Shown piece after piece: positions 40,127-53,568 of a stretch of DNA of 64,000 nt. Position numbers and translations under genes: made by a program. The notes beneath the pieces were generated by a model that had not been told where the DNA came from, ran no database searches, and saw only the letters and a program-made list of their open reading frames with translations. This DNA comes from Camelus ferus (lineage: Eukaryota), in contig NC_045697.1 of the NCBI RefSeq assembly GCF_009834535.1, forward strand, positions 95,172,001 to 95,236,000, given 5' to 3'. Each line of letters opens with the position of its first letter. Within the stretch, counting starts at the first letter, position 1.

Positions 40127-40593
40127 TGTATTAATTTTATGTGTCAGCTTTGCTAGACTAGGGTGGTCAATTGCTTGGTAAACCCAGTCTACAAGTTGCT
40201 CTAAGGTATTTTTAACGATTAAGATTTGTAATCATTAGACTTTAAATAAAGCAGATATCCCTCCATAATATAGGTATGCCTCGTTCAATCAGTTGAAAGT
40301 CTTAAGAGTAAAGAATAAATTTTCTTAGACCTCAGGAGAAGAAATTCTTCCTCAATACTGCAACATAGAAACCTCTGAGTTTCCAACCTGGCTGACCTGC
40401 CCTGTGGATCTCACACTCAAGATTGTAACATCAACTCTTACCTGAATTTCTAGCCTGCCAACTCACACTACATATTTCAGATTTGTCTGCCTCCACAGTC
40501 ATGTGAACCACTAATTTAAAGTAAATCTCTCTCTTTAGACAGATAAACAGATCTTTATCTATTTGTATTTCTCTGGAGAATCCTGATTAGTAC
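40127..40593 (+). mobile_element. MLT2-type ERVL LTR
   Basis: Start 'ttaattttatgtgtcagctt', internal 'aatcagttgaaagtcttaagag', end 'tttctctggagaatcctgattagtac'. Confidence 0.85.
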
Positions 40594-41066
40594 TGTGGGT
40601 AATGATGTAGTTTCAAGGGGAAATTAATGGCCAGAGCATGACATGTTCTAGATGACCAAAAGCTAAAAATGGATTAAAAAAATAAATTGTATTTTCATAT
40701 CAAGGTCAATAATGACATTTAATAGAGCATTTTGCTGAAAATATAGGTGATAGAAATTATATTTAAGTCTACTGAGAATTAGCAAGATATGAGAGAGGGT
40801 ATTCAATACATATAGAAAGCTCTTAGAAGAAATTTAGCAATTAGATAAATGATAGAGATGTAAGAGAAAATCAAAAAGAAGAGGACATTTATTTGTTTTG
40901 CTTTATTTTGAAAAATACTTGGAACACAGGGAGAGAAACCAATAAAGGAGAGGAGATGAAGGGCCTAAAATGAGAAGAAACAATAAAAAGATTCATGAAG
41001 AATTTAGAAAAAGGGAACAGGGAATTGGATAATGAGGACAGGTAGAATACAAACATATGTAGACAT

Positions 41067-41442
41067 TATTAAAAGGTAAGCTGAGGCATATTAAAAATTT
41101 TAAGAATTTATTTTTGTGAAAATTGGTATCAGTTGGGGAGCACCCAATCTAGCAGATAGGAAGGAGCTCCCAGAAGCTGTACAGAATGAGAAACCTATAA
41201 GCAGGGGAGATTGGAAACAGGGAAGTTATACTGGCAAAAATATAGGTTGATTATTAAAAGATTACTTTCCTTTCGGGGATGACTGGATGCCTAACTAGTG
41301 CTGGTCAGGGAATTCCTAATTGACTGGCTTGAAATTCCATTTCTAGGAAAGCCCAGACTATAATTAAGTTAAATTTTGGTTTGATGGGAGTTTAGAATAA
41401 GTGACTCCATTTTGGGCCTGTTGTCTTTTTTTTCAAATCAAC
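41067..41442 (-). mobile_element. Solo ERV1-type LTR (MER31/MER67-like)
   Basis: 'gtgactccattttgggcctgttg...aaca' at one end and 'aaggtaagctgaggcatattaaaaattttaagaatttattt' at the other. Confidence 0.6.
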
Positions 41443-42288
41443 ATATACAGTTTTTATTGTACACTAATAATTTAATTTTAAGTTTTCCTGTTACTCTATC
41501 TGTGTAGAAGATGGACTGGAAAGATAGATTGATAAATATTCAGAATACTTAGTTTTCTTTGGTTTATTTTAATTTTCTAAATTGTGCTTAATTGATATTT
41601 TCTAATGTGTCTACAATGTTAAAACTTACAACTAAATAATAAATTATTACTTGGGAACAAATAAGAGAAAATTTAGGAGAATACAGTGGCATTAAAAAAG
41701 GAAAAAGTATTTAATAGAGTTAATTAAACTTTTATAAAGAATAAAAAATAATTAAAGAAGACACATAAGAAGTGTGGATAGGAAAATGAGTTTGGATGTA
41801 GGTGCATTTGTAGAGCTGTAGGGAGTTCTATTTTGATGGTTTTCCTTTTTTCTGCACAGTATGGAAAAAGTAAAACTTGTAGAGAAATGGGCATAAGATG
41901 AGAGTTACTATTTAGTTGGCTTGCTTGAACAGTGGAGAATTACCACATGGCAGTGAATGATGAGAAATACAGGACAAAAGTTAGAAAATTTCAGATTCTA
42001 AGAAACACTTTTTATAAAGGAAGCCCCCCTGAACTGTGATGTTTGACATGATCTCTTCAGTAGGGGAACATTTAGATAAACAGAGACAAGCTTCTCCAAG
42101 AGAAACATTATAAGGCCAAAAGTGACATGACCCAAAGTAGAGAAGTTGCAAGGAATGTTAGGTGGATCATGAAACAATATGGCTGAAGTAGCAGCACAAA
42201 ATTGGATGAGACCTTTTTGTAATCAGGATTAGCTGCCTGTATTTTTCATTGCATTTTCTTCTGTATTTTCCATGTGCCACTGAATATT

Positions 42289-42452
42289 TTTATTTTATCT
42301 ATTTTTTTATCTTTTTCTTTTGGGTTTTTTTTGGGGGTGGGTGGGTAATTAGGTTTATTTATTTATTCATTTTTGATGGAGGTACTGGGGATTGAACCCA
42401 GGACCTTATGCATGCTAAGCATACACTCTACCACTGAGCTATACCCTCCCCC
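42289..42452 (-). mobile_element. tRNA-derived camelid SINE (Vic-1-like)
   Basis: The reverse complement reads ggggagggtatagctcagtggtagagtg...ctgggttcaatccccagtacctcc...aaacctaattaccc, then an A-rich tail. tgaatatt is repeated at both flanks. Confidence 0.9.
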
Positions 42453-42908
42453 TATTATTGAATATTGCTCAGAAAAAAACAGATATATTTTATGCAGACA
42501 GCACAGTAGAAAGTGAACGTGCAAACAAACCAATGATATTTACAAGTCAATCCCAATGGCTCTTTCAGTCATACACTAAACAGTATTTAACTGTGTATAG
42601 TCTTCTTAACTAATTTTATAAGGCAATATCAATTCTTATTTCATTATTACTACTGTTAAAACTCATGCAAAAGAATAAAATATCAACACTGTTAAGCAAG
42701 AAAAACACATTTTGGAAAGAATCAAGGAATGTCCTTTCATCTAATATTACTTTCAGCACTATTTATAGAGTGAAATTCTTGGCATAACTAATTAAGAAGA
42801 TTAAATCATTGTGTATGAGTTATAGAATTTGAGCTTCTTTTACATAATGTGAGATGGAAGGAATAGTGAAAGGAAAGAGCCATATATTTCTGTAAAATTT
42901 CATTTTCT

Positions 42909-44143
42909 AAAATTTTGGTGAGGATTTTGGTGTCTATGTTCATCAGTGATATTGGCCTATAATTCTCTTATTTTGTAGTGTCTTTGCCTGGTTTTGGTAT
43001 CAGGGTGATGGTGGCTTCATAGAATGAGTTTGGGAGTATTCCCTCCTTTTCAATCGTCTGGAAGAGTTTGAGAAGGACTGGTATGAGTTCTTCTTTGTAT
43101 GTTTGGTAGAATTCCCCAGTGAAGCCATCCAGTCCTGGACTTTTATTTGTAGGGAGGTTTTTAATTGCTATTTCTATTTCTTTTCTAGTGATCGGATTGT
43201 TCAAGTGTTCAGTTTCTTCTTGATTCAGTTTTGGTGGACAGTATGTTTCCAGAAACTTGTCCATCTCCTCTAAGTTATCCAGTTTGGTTCCATATAGTAT
43301 TTCATAATATTCTAGTATGATGTTCTGTATTTCTATTTTGTTTGTTGTAATTTCTCCATTTTCCTTTCTTATTTTGCTAATTTGTGCTCTCTCTTTTTTC
43401 TTCTTTGTGAGTTTGGCCAGAGGTTTGTCGATTTTACTTACTTTTTCAAAAAACCAGCTTTTGGTTTGGTTGACTTTTTCTATGGTCTTGTTAATCTCTA
43501 TTGTATTTAATTCCTCTCTGATTTTTATTATTTCCTTCCTTCTGCTGCTTTTTGGGGCTTTTTGTTCTTCTTTTTCTAATTCGTTCATGTGGTGGGTTAA
43601 CTTGTTTATTTGAGATTGTTCTTTTTTGAGGAAGGCCTGTATCGCTATAAACTTCCCTCTTAGCACTGCCTTTGCTGTGTCCCATAGGTTTTGAGTGGTT
43701 GTGCTTTCATTATCATTTGTCTCAAGGTATTTTTTAATTTCAGCTTTGATTTCCTCATTTGATCCATTGTTTTTTCAATAACATATTGTTTAATCTCCAT
43801 GTTTTCCTTTTTTTCTCCTTTGTTTCTCCATTGTTGATTTCCAGTTTCATGGCATTGTGGTCAGTAAAGATGCTTGAGATAATTTCTATCTTCTTAAAAT
43901 TGTTGAGGTTTCTTTTGTGCCCAAGTACATGATCGATCCTGGAAAATGTTCCATGTGCACTTGAAAAGAATGTATATCCTATTTTTGGGGGGTGTAATGC
44001 TCTGAAAATATCCACCAAATCTAGTTTTCTATTGTAGAATTTAATTTCTCTGTTGCCTTGTTTATTTTCTGTCTGGAAGATCTGTCTAGTGATGTTAATG
44101 CAGTGTTAAAATCTCCAACTATGATTGTATTCCCATCAATATC
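42909..44143 (-). mobile_element. Inverted 5' arm of a young L1: ORF2 from the EN domain C-terminal half to the start of RT, disrupted
   Basis: Translates to [41 protein letters not shown] and ENYRPISLMNID. Frameshifts near 44030 and 43750, nonsense codon at 42968. Confidence 0.95.
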
Positions 44144-44667
44144 AAAGATGTGGTATATTTATACAATGGAATACTACTCAGCCATAAAAACCGACAACAT
44201 AATGCCATTTGCAGCAACATGGATGCTCCTGGAGAATGTCATTCTAAGTGAAGTAAGCCAGAAAGAGAAAGAAAAATACCATATGAGATCGCTCATATGT
44301 GGAATCTAAAAAACAAAAACAAAAACAAACAAACAAACAAAAACAAAGCATAAATACAGGACAGAAATAGACTCACAGACAGAGAATACAGACTTGTGGT
44401 TACCAGGGGGGGTGGAGGGTGGGAAGGGAAAGACTGGGATTTCAAAATTGTAGAATAGATAAAACAAGATTACACTGCATAGCACAGGGAAATATACACA
44501 AAATGTTATGATAACTCACAGAGAAAAAAAATGTGACAATGAGTGTGTATATGTCCATGAACGACTGAAAAATTGTGCTGAATACTGGAATTTGACACAA
44601 CATTGTAAAATGATTATAAATCAATAAAAAATGTTAAAAAAAAAGAAAATTAAAAAATAAAATAAAA
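44144..44667 (+). mobile_element. Sense 3' arm of the same L1: last ~54 codons of ORF2, 3'UTR and A-rich tail
   Basis: KMWYIYTMEYYSAIK...SLICGI*, AATAAA near 44623. A 16-bp TSD taaaattt(c/t)attttct at 42893-42908 and 44668-44683 brackets both arms. Confidence 0.95.
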
Positions 44668-46445
44668 TAAAATTTTATTTTCTCAGAATTGTTAAGTAAC
44701 ATCTCTGTGCTACTAGTCACTGCAGATTACTCTTATGGTGATTTTCCAATGTAATTTGTTACTGAAACTATATAAAGCATAAGAGATATTGAAAATAACT
44801 CTGTTCTTCCTGTTTTGAACTGGTTTTGTTCAATTTCTAATGCAAAAACTTTTCTGGTCTTTGTCACTAAAATATCTACAGAAACATCATCGGTGTCAAA
44901 GATATCCCTCCTTTATATATAGTTTCTGTGTCTTTCTCAATATTATTTTTAGTTATTTTTGAATTTTAACTCAAGTGAAAAAATAGGTCTACATAATCAA
45001 TGCAAATATTGGAGGTAAGAAGTGAGGAAATACGTTTGTCTTTTAATAAGATGTACTTTTAAAATATTCTATTCTGATTAGTAGGCTAAAATACAAAGTG
45101 TGAATATTTCTAAATGTTTTATTTAAAAATGTAAAATATTAGAATTACATATATTTAGTCATATGTTTGTGTCACAAAGGCAACAGCATGAGAATAGGAT
45201 GAACAATGATTCTCCTTTTAATTCTCTTATCTTTTCCATATAACATATTTCAGTAAACTACTTAAGTCTTATAAAATTGTGACACACACATACACACAGA
45301 TATCTTTTTTTAAATTAAGCATATATTTGAAATATTGACATATAGAATGCTTACTTTTCCTGTCAGTCTTCGTTTTTTATATCTGAGTAAATTAGTATCT
45401 GAAAGTTGTGTAACATACCTTTAAATGATTGCACTTTTGTCTTCAGGGACTTTATAATCTCGTATATATACACTTGGAATTCCTTGACACTCAATTTTAA
45501 ATCTGTTGTGTTTATATAAAATATGACTAATTTTTATAGTTTAAAAAACTATTAATAAGCAATAGTTTATAACTGACATAATTAACAATTTTAATTACCA
45601 AAATAAGTTGGATTTTATTTACATGTGTATACTCAGTTTTGTAGAATACATTATAGTATAGAATATAATAGAATATATATGACAAAAACATAATTTCCAG
45701 ATTTACCTGTGGATGGAGCGCAAGACTGAACTATAGGCAGGAGCAAGGTGGTGGAACAATTGTGCCAAGACACATGGCTAATTAAAAGTTCTCAGAGAGG
45801 AACTAAAAAATATTCTGGGATTCAGGAGAAAGCAGAATCTGAGAAGCCTATTTTCTATTTTGTTTGTTTTACTTGTTTGGTGATAGCAGAGATGCTATAT
45901 TGCTGAAGACATCTATTAAATCCAATGATGAGTTTCTTCTAAAGGACAGAAAGCAAGCCTTTAATATAAAGATCTTTAATCAGCGATAACAGAATCCTAA
46001 TGGAAGAGTAGATGAGATTAGGCTACCAGTAAGCCCAGGAAGATGGTGGAGGGAAAATATACAAAAGAAAATTTTGCAGGGTCTCATGAGTCATTGATTC
46101 AAGGTTCTATTAGTCCTTTAAGTTGATTAAGATCACTAATATAATGGTATGTCTCAAGGTCTATTAACATGTGTGTTTGGTGTATAACCTCTAACGATAT
46201 TACCAGGAAAGCAAATCTCATGTAACACATAACAGGAATGTAAAAAGTTAAAAATTATAATTCTTACTCAGGTTATCCCTGTTTGAAAGTGATATATATT
46301 AAGGACAACTGAAAGATCATAACAATTGTGGACACTTTCTGGATTTCTTCCAACCAGAAACACTTCTCTGTTTGGATAGTCATGTTATCATGATGTGAGT
46401 GTACAAATATAGATTTATTATTTCATTAAGATTTCCATATGTGTT

Positions 46446-46866
46446 TGTTAGTAATCTTAGGAGCTTCCTTTGTAATATCTGAAATTGGCCCCTGTACATG
46501 GAGAGTGAGGAGAGACACAAGAAAGAGGCAGACCACTCTTGAGTGCTGGTGGCAGGTTGAATAAGCAAGGAGACTTACGAGGCTTCTGTTGGGCGACCAC
46601 AAGACCAGTGGATCTCTGCAGCCATGTGCCAGAATCTTTAAAGTTTATATAGAAGCTTTAATTGAGTTCAGTGATGTACACAGTCCAAATGGTGTCAACA
46701 GCCTACTTTCTCAAAGCTGTGAACTTGGAACAGGTCACAGTGTGGGAATCGTAGACAGAGTGCAGATTCCAAGGATAGGGAGAGGATGAGGGTTGACCCC
46801 TCCCATTGCCAGATCCACCTCAAGGGTCAACTAATGGTTATGTCCTCGTGATTATCACCTCCAACA
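46446..46866 (-). mobile_element. Solo ERV LTR, about 420 bp
   Basis: Inverted termini tgttag...ccaaca, minus-strand TATA-like 'ctatataaa' near 46650, possible degraded 5-bp TSD gtgtt / atatt. Confidence 0.75.
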
Positions 46867-49800
46867 ATATTTAAGAAGATATTGTGTTTTATTAATGCTT
46901 AACTCTCCCAGTGCCAATCCCTGAGTCTATATCATGTGTTTAACATGTTATTATAGTAAAATACTTTATAATAAATTATAGCTTTTTCATTGTTCTGTAT
47001 CCAATAAATAACTTTTAAGTAATAAGATATTATTTATGCAAAGATGTTAAATTTAGTGATTGAGAATTAGAGCACATGCAATAACCTAACATTTATTTGA
47101 TGAACATACAGCTAAAAGAGATCTGATTTTATTCATATTTTTAAACATAGTTTCAAAAGTGGTGATGAAGTAAAGTTTATCTTTCATATTACTATAAAAT
47201 AAATTCACTCTGTACTTCATATATGAACTTTTCTATTTGTTTCAATATTAATTATACTATAGTCAAACAATGTTTCATATTCTACTTACAAGGACATTGC
47301 CATCTTAAGTATTGCTAAATGCTTTCGTATAGTTGAATAAGTGAGGCCTTGTTCCTGACATTTATTTCTTTTAAAGAGAAAGTGTTCTCTGCCTGTGGGA
47401 ATAAACCAAATAAAAAACTATAAAAATATTGAATAAGGTATGTGAACCATTTATGTTTACACCCCAAATTTATCATTTTTGGAAATATTTTATGAAATAA
47501 AAACATAAACAACACCCTGACATCAGACAGATGTGCTGTCTCTGTCTTATCCCAGGGAAAAATGCATGGAATAGAGGATTGGGGAGGAAAAAGAGAAAGC
47601 ATTAATAATTCTTTGTGAAAGCAGTAAAATACTATTCTTTTGACAACATATTCAGTCCATGATTCAATTCTGGGACACATGATACTGATCAGAAATTATG
47701 TTATAATCAAATGTAAATGCATATTTTGGGTTTCTTTGATCAAATTACAATTGCTCAGAAAATGTTAAGGTCACTAGTAATTTAGAAAAATCAAGTTAAT
47801 TCAATATTAGTTTTAGAATTCTATATTCTGACAACAGGCAATTTTGGACTACAGGTAAAATTACATTACTCTAAAAAAATTATTCCAAGATTTTGCATCT
47901 GTTTTTGAAAACTGGAAGAAATTTTCTTGTAAATTCTGTTTTCCAATGCTCATGATATGTGATAATACCAACATGTCACTTATTAGCAAGACAGAACTAA
48001 TAGAAATTTACATTGTAAAGATATTTTGCCTCTGCTGTAAGTATATATGTCTTAAAATAATCTATCTGATGCGATGCCTTCTCCTGTGGAGTGTCATTCA
48101 TGCAACACCAATTAATGCATAGTTTTGTTGAATTTCTAGGCTAAGTTCACCTTTGTGCTGTAGTGACTACTACTTGCTCTTCATCTTACTATCCATTATA
48201 TTTCGTGTACTTGGTGTATTAGTGTTTTTTTAATGTAGTTAAGTGTTGCTTATTATAAATTCCTGAGTAGTCAAACTAAGAAAAAAATCAGAGGTTTTGA
48301 AAAGTAATTTGCTTCTCACTTATAAAAACAGAATAATAAATTAACATAGAATGAGCTTACAGATGTAATTTGTCCACTAAAGCCTCTTTTCTAAAATAAG
48401 AACACTTAAAGGAGAATAAAAAGTTGTTATCACTAAAGTATCAGCATTGATCCCTTCATTTTCTTACCCTACTTTTGTCAGTGTATCGTCTGTCTGCCTG
48501 TCTGCCTGTCACAAATTGATATATTTGTGCCATTCTTTGAGGGATCTTACATTATGGCCTGCCTTTATTTAGAGACGTGTTGGGCTTCTACATTAGACCA
48601 GGCAAAGGCTCTTGTTTTTAATCACCTAGTGTCCAACATAGAATTAATGTAATACTGAGAGTAATTGAGAATCACTTCAAAAAGATAATTCAGTTGGTGG
48701 TGTTCATATTTTAGCAAGAATTTTAGGACAAGAGATCATATTTAACATCAGCCTGATGTATTCAGAAGTATCTGGGGTCAAATAAATTGTCACTATGATA
48801 TTTATAAAATTAACATGTAGTTTGAAAAAAATCTAGTAAGTGAAATAATCAGATTTCATGAAACAAACTCATGACAGATTCAATATTCTAACTATAGGTA
48901 TATATCAGTATTCTGGAATGGAAATGTGAATCTGGTCAAGAAAATTAACTCCTGCTTTTTATTTTTTATTTTAATGCACTATTTGCATTTTTACCATGAG
49001 TATGCATTTATAGTAAATTGAACTAAGTTGTTTTTTTTTTTAAGATTTGTAGATATAGGAATTTTGAGAATGGAAGGCTAACTAGAAATGCAGACATTCT
49101 ATCCCTATATTTCATAAAACCATTTTTAAATAATCTTACACAGATACATGTTGTGTAATATTAATAAACAAGTTAAATGAAGGAAGAATCATAAATACAT
49201 AAAATATTTTAAAAGGTAATAATAACAAGGTTTTCTATATCAAATACAATAAAGCATCTAGGGCAAGTTGAGAACCTCAATTCTCAAAATTGAGTATCTC
49301 TAATAATACAGAAAAGTTTAAATAATAGTTAAAATATATTGTTGATTTTAAAAGTAAAAGAATATTTTGTAATAGACAAGGATTGGGTTTGAATTAAAAA
49401 TTACTAATACAGACTGAAAACTATAGTGATAAAAGAAAATCATTACAATTAAAATAAACTTATACTACAAAATATAAAGTAACTCAGATAGACATTAAGC
49501 TATCAATATATTACAGGATACAGAAAATTAAGCAACAAGATAAAATACTTCAAGAGGGTCTAATTTATTAACATACAACAAAGATCCAATATGTAGATGA
49601 ATTACCTCTTGAAAGGAAGTACTAATGGAGAATTGATGAAAAAGGTAATACTAGAACTAAATTCCTCAGGGTAGAGAAAGTCCTAAGCTTTGCCATTGGA
49701 CAAGTTCATCAAACCACATGCATTATTATTATTCAAAAGCCAACACCATGGCATGTTCATTTACTTTAAAAAATTCTGTGAAACTAAAAGAGTTTTAAAT

Positions 49801-51088
49801 TAAAGTAATGTAGAATTAAAATTGATTTGCCCATTTTCCCTAACTAGTAAAACCCCAGAGAAACGGAAAAAACATAAAATCCTCATAGGTAAAGTTTATT
49901 TCCAGTATCACAGACATACATCACAAGCTTTCTCAAAACTGTTTTAAAATATGTTTGAAATTAAATGGAAATTATTAAGTCCAAATGTCTAGAGAAACTT
50001 TGATTTATTTGTTATAATACTTAAAACAGACTAGACAAACTAAACTATGAATGATGTAAGTGAATGAGAATTCTAATAAGTAATGCACCAGTGATCAAAG
50101 GAAGAAAAGAGGACGATAATAAAGTAGACATTAGCTTTGCAAATCTGAAAAATTGAATTCTGGCATATATAAGATTTGGAATTCAGGATACTGTTTTCCT
50201 TTCTGGAATATAAAACAAAACCAAAACTGACCAAATCCAAAGATATATTTAATTTAATATTTTATTTTACATCTTGTTATTAAATATCACCTTTTATGCT
50301 TTAATGTAATTATATAGGCATATATATAATATTTATTTTAAATTTATTTTCTTCACATTATGCTTATAATTTCTCCATGATAAGAAATTAAATAATTTTA
50401 ATGTAAAACAAAGGCAATTAACACTAATGCAGCGAATGTTATCTATTGTATCTTGACGATAAACACTCATTCACAACAAGTTGCAAAAATAAGTAGCTAA
50501 TTTGATGATTAGGGAACTGTTAGTGCTGTGATAACAATGGCAAACATTGGACTTTTTTTTCCAACTAATGTTTTGATTTTCAGTGATTTATCACAAATTC
50601 CAAATCTTGAATATATGTTGATTGATTAAAAATAAATTAGCACCAATGTATAATTAGTAAAATATACCAGTGTGAAGTTCTGCTCTCTTTTAATAAATTA
50701 ATTCATTTAATGCACACAAAAATCACTATAAAGTGGAGAGTATTAAACATTTTATGGATTAGGAGTCCAAGACACAAAAAATTAAGAAATTTTTCTAATA
50801 TTAATCAGCTATAAAAATATAGGAACTAATATTTTAACCAGTCTATCTGCAACGTCTTGGATATTTACTCCTATGTACATAAATTCCAAAGCTAGTGAAA
50901 GATTATTTAAAAATTTGAACAAGGATTTGGTATTATTGGTATTGAAATTTGTATGACAGTTTGGCAATCCCACCACTACCACCACCACCATGAAAATCCA
51001 GTGAAATTGCTCGTATGTTATGAGGTAGTGTCCCATTCAGCAGAATTTATTATTAGAAAGTGTGTTTTTTAAAAGATGTATACATACA

Positions 51089-51152
51089 GCTGTACACCTG
51101 AAACTAACATATTATAAATCAACTATACTTCAATTAAGAAAAACAGAAAAAA
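51089..51152 (+). mobile_element. Tiny artiodactyl-type L1 3' terminus
   Basis: 'gctgtacacctgaaactaacatattataaatcaactatacttcaatt' plus an A-rich tail. Matches the 18.6 kb copy. Confidence 0.8.
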
Positions 51153-51544
51153 TTCATACATATAAAAGAGCATGGTTGTTTATAATAATGAAAAATCGCA
51201 AATGGCCTGTTTCTTTCTTTAGAGATATGGCATCTGTAATGTATGCACTATTATTATAACAAATGCGAAGATCTTTTGGTAACAGCAAACTTCTTACAAA
51301 CCAACAAAAAGTAAAAAAGGTAAGATTCACAATCATTTGTAAACTACATTTTAACCATATATAACATTGATAGCTAGAGAAAAATACATTTAGAAATCTG
51401 TCATACTACAGACATTTTAGGGTAGTATAAACATGAATGATTATTTAATCCTTTCTATGATTCTTTTTCTAGCAGGTAATTTTACCTTTAATAGGACATT
51501 ATTGAGTGTAAATGAGCCTTTTTCCTGCAAGATTATTTAACAAT

Positions 51545-51750
51545 ATTTTTTCATTCTTTGACCTTCAATTCCACTTCTAGGAATTAATCCCAGGGTGATC
51601 AAAGACTTACAAACATGTATGTTCACAACAGAATTATTTGTGGCACTAAAACATTGGCAACAAAGCATCCAAAATAGTTATAAATCCTAGGTCATCCATA
51701 TGATAGAAATAACTAGTCATGAATATACAGTGTAAAAATATTTAATAACA
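51545..51750 (+). mobile_element. L1ME-like fragment
   Basis: 'ctttgaccttcaattccacttctaggaattaatcc...atgttcacaacagaattatttg'. Confidence 0.6.
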
Positions 51751-53117
51751 TCCTTGATAAGAAATACTGTAATTATTTTGAGTGCTTATGTCTGTGAGCT
51801 GAATTTATGAATAATATTTAAAGATCTTGTCAATTTTCAGTAATCAACATACATAGTATTATTTTCATATTTTCAAGAAGCAAATACATGTTTGCATCTC
51901 AGGAATCATATTGGGAGTGTTCATTTTAATGTTAAATAATATGTTTTTAGTGTTTTATTCATTTTTTTCTTGAAAACTATATGATATGAAAACAAGAAAA
52001 TATTTTTTTATTTAATGGCAAGATATAAAATATCCTATCAAATTAAATCATTTTCTTTGCATTTGTTTAAGCTATTCTCATTTTGATTTAAATTCCACTA
52101 AGGAAAACAGCAGCCCAAATATTTATTACATTTGATATATAGGGCTTCATTTATTTAAGCCATTTGCTAACTTTCCCTTTACGTAAAAAATATGAGTAGT
52201 AATTACAGCTTTCTAGGGTGGCCCTTCTAACAGAAAGCTGACTTATATTTGTTAAATATAAACCCATTATTAGCTCTGCAACCTTTACTGTGTTGACTAT
52301 GGGCAAACAAAACAAGTTAATCTCAAGCACCTTCAATTCTTCTAAGTGGTACCTTAGATGACTTTTTAATAAATTATGCTTTAATTAGGACTTTCTTAAT
52401 TATGTTTGTCAAATTTTCATGTACAGAAAATTGGTACTGAAAAATGTATATAAATATAAAATAAGTATATAGCTCCATTTATTCTAAATTTGTTTGCATT
52501 TGAATCAGCAAGCTGTAGAGTAGGAATACTCTACTAATTTCAAGGAATTATGTCTAGAATTTGTTAAATTTAAATTCCTTTGATTTTTTTGAAGGACACT
52601 TTAATTATATTCTTTTTATGTTGTAATTTTATCATAATATTATCTATGAACACTATTCAAAAATTAGCTTGCTATTCTATCTTTAAAAGTGTCTTTTTTT
52701 GTAAGTCGAGATAAATAACATTTCTATTACAATGTTTATATAGGTCCAAGTGGTTGGGAGCTTTTACTATTCAAGGTTCTTTTCTATAAATAGCTTTATG
52801 AAGTAATATTACCTTATCATTTGACTAGCTCTATAGCATCCTTTTCAAGGAGGCTGTCCTTGAAATCCAATGCATTTAAGAAGGTTAATTAAGGTCACAC
52901 TTATAATGAGATAGAACAGAATCTTGACTCAAACTCAAGTAACTTAATATCAGACTATGAAGTGGCTTCCTACAGAACACATTAATATTTAGGAAAGGAA
53001 AAGTTGAATGGGCAAATAATTGTACCACACATATATAAAGGGATGTCTATACATTCAGATAAAGATACTGTTGCAGCTTTAGCTTTGTGACTTTAGCTTA
53101 AAAATTCTTTAGGTCAT

Positions 53118-53568
53118 TATATTAACTTCCTTGGGCTGCCAGAACAAGTACAACAAATTGAGTAGCTTAAAACAGCAGAAATTTATTACTTCAGAGTTCC
53201 GGAGGCTAGAAGACAGAAATCAAGGTGTTGGCAGGACCAAGTTCCCTCTGAAACCCATGGGGATCCTCCCTTCCATCTTCCTAGTATCTGGTGGCAGCTA
53301 TCAGCCCTTAGCATTCTTTGGCTTGCAGCTGCTTTGTCAGCACATGAAATGTGTGGTGTGTATCTGTGTCTTCACAAATGGCCATCTTCTAATAAACACA
53401 CCACTCATATTGGATTAGGGGCATACCTTATTCTGATATGAGCACATCTTGACTCGACTAATTACATTAAAATCATCCTATTTCCAAAGTCCCATTCTGA
53501 GGTACATGGGGTTAGAACTCCAACATGTCTTTCATTTGGGGAGAGGAGTCACAATTCAACCTGTAACA
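53118..53568 (-). mobile_element. MLT1-type MaLR solo LTR
   Basis: 'gcttaaaacagcagaaatttatt...cagagttccggaggctagaag...aatcaaggtgttggcagg...acaattcaacctgtaaca'. Exact 5-bp TSD gtcat at 53113-53117 and 53569-53573. Confidence 0.92.

Noticed and set aside
42375..42452. tRNA gene (A and B boxes)
   Set aside because: It is the head of a SINE with a tail and TSD, as is the copy at 21827.
42968..43666. 232-aa ORF, the longest in the window, as a functional gene
   Set aside because: It is an L1 ORF2 fragment bounded by a frameshift and a nonsense codon inside a rearranged, truncated insertion.
47315..47680. 121-aa minus-strand ORF
   Set aside because: F/L/I-rich chance ORF with no recognisable homology.
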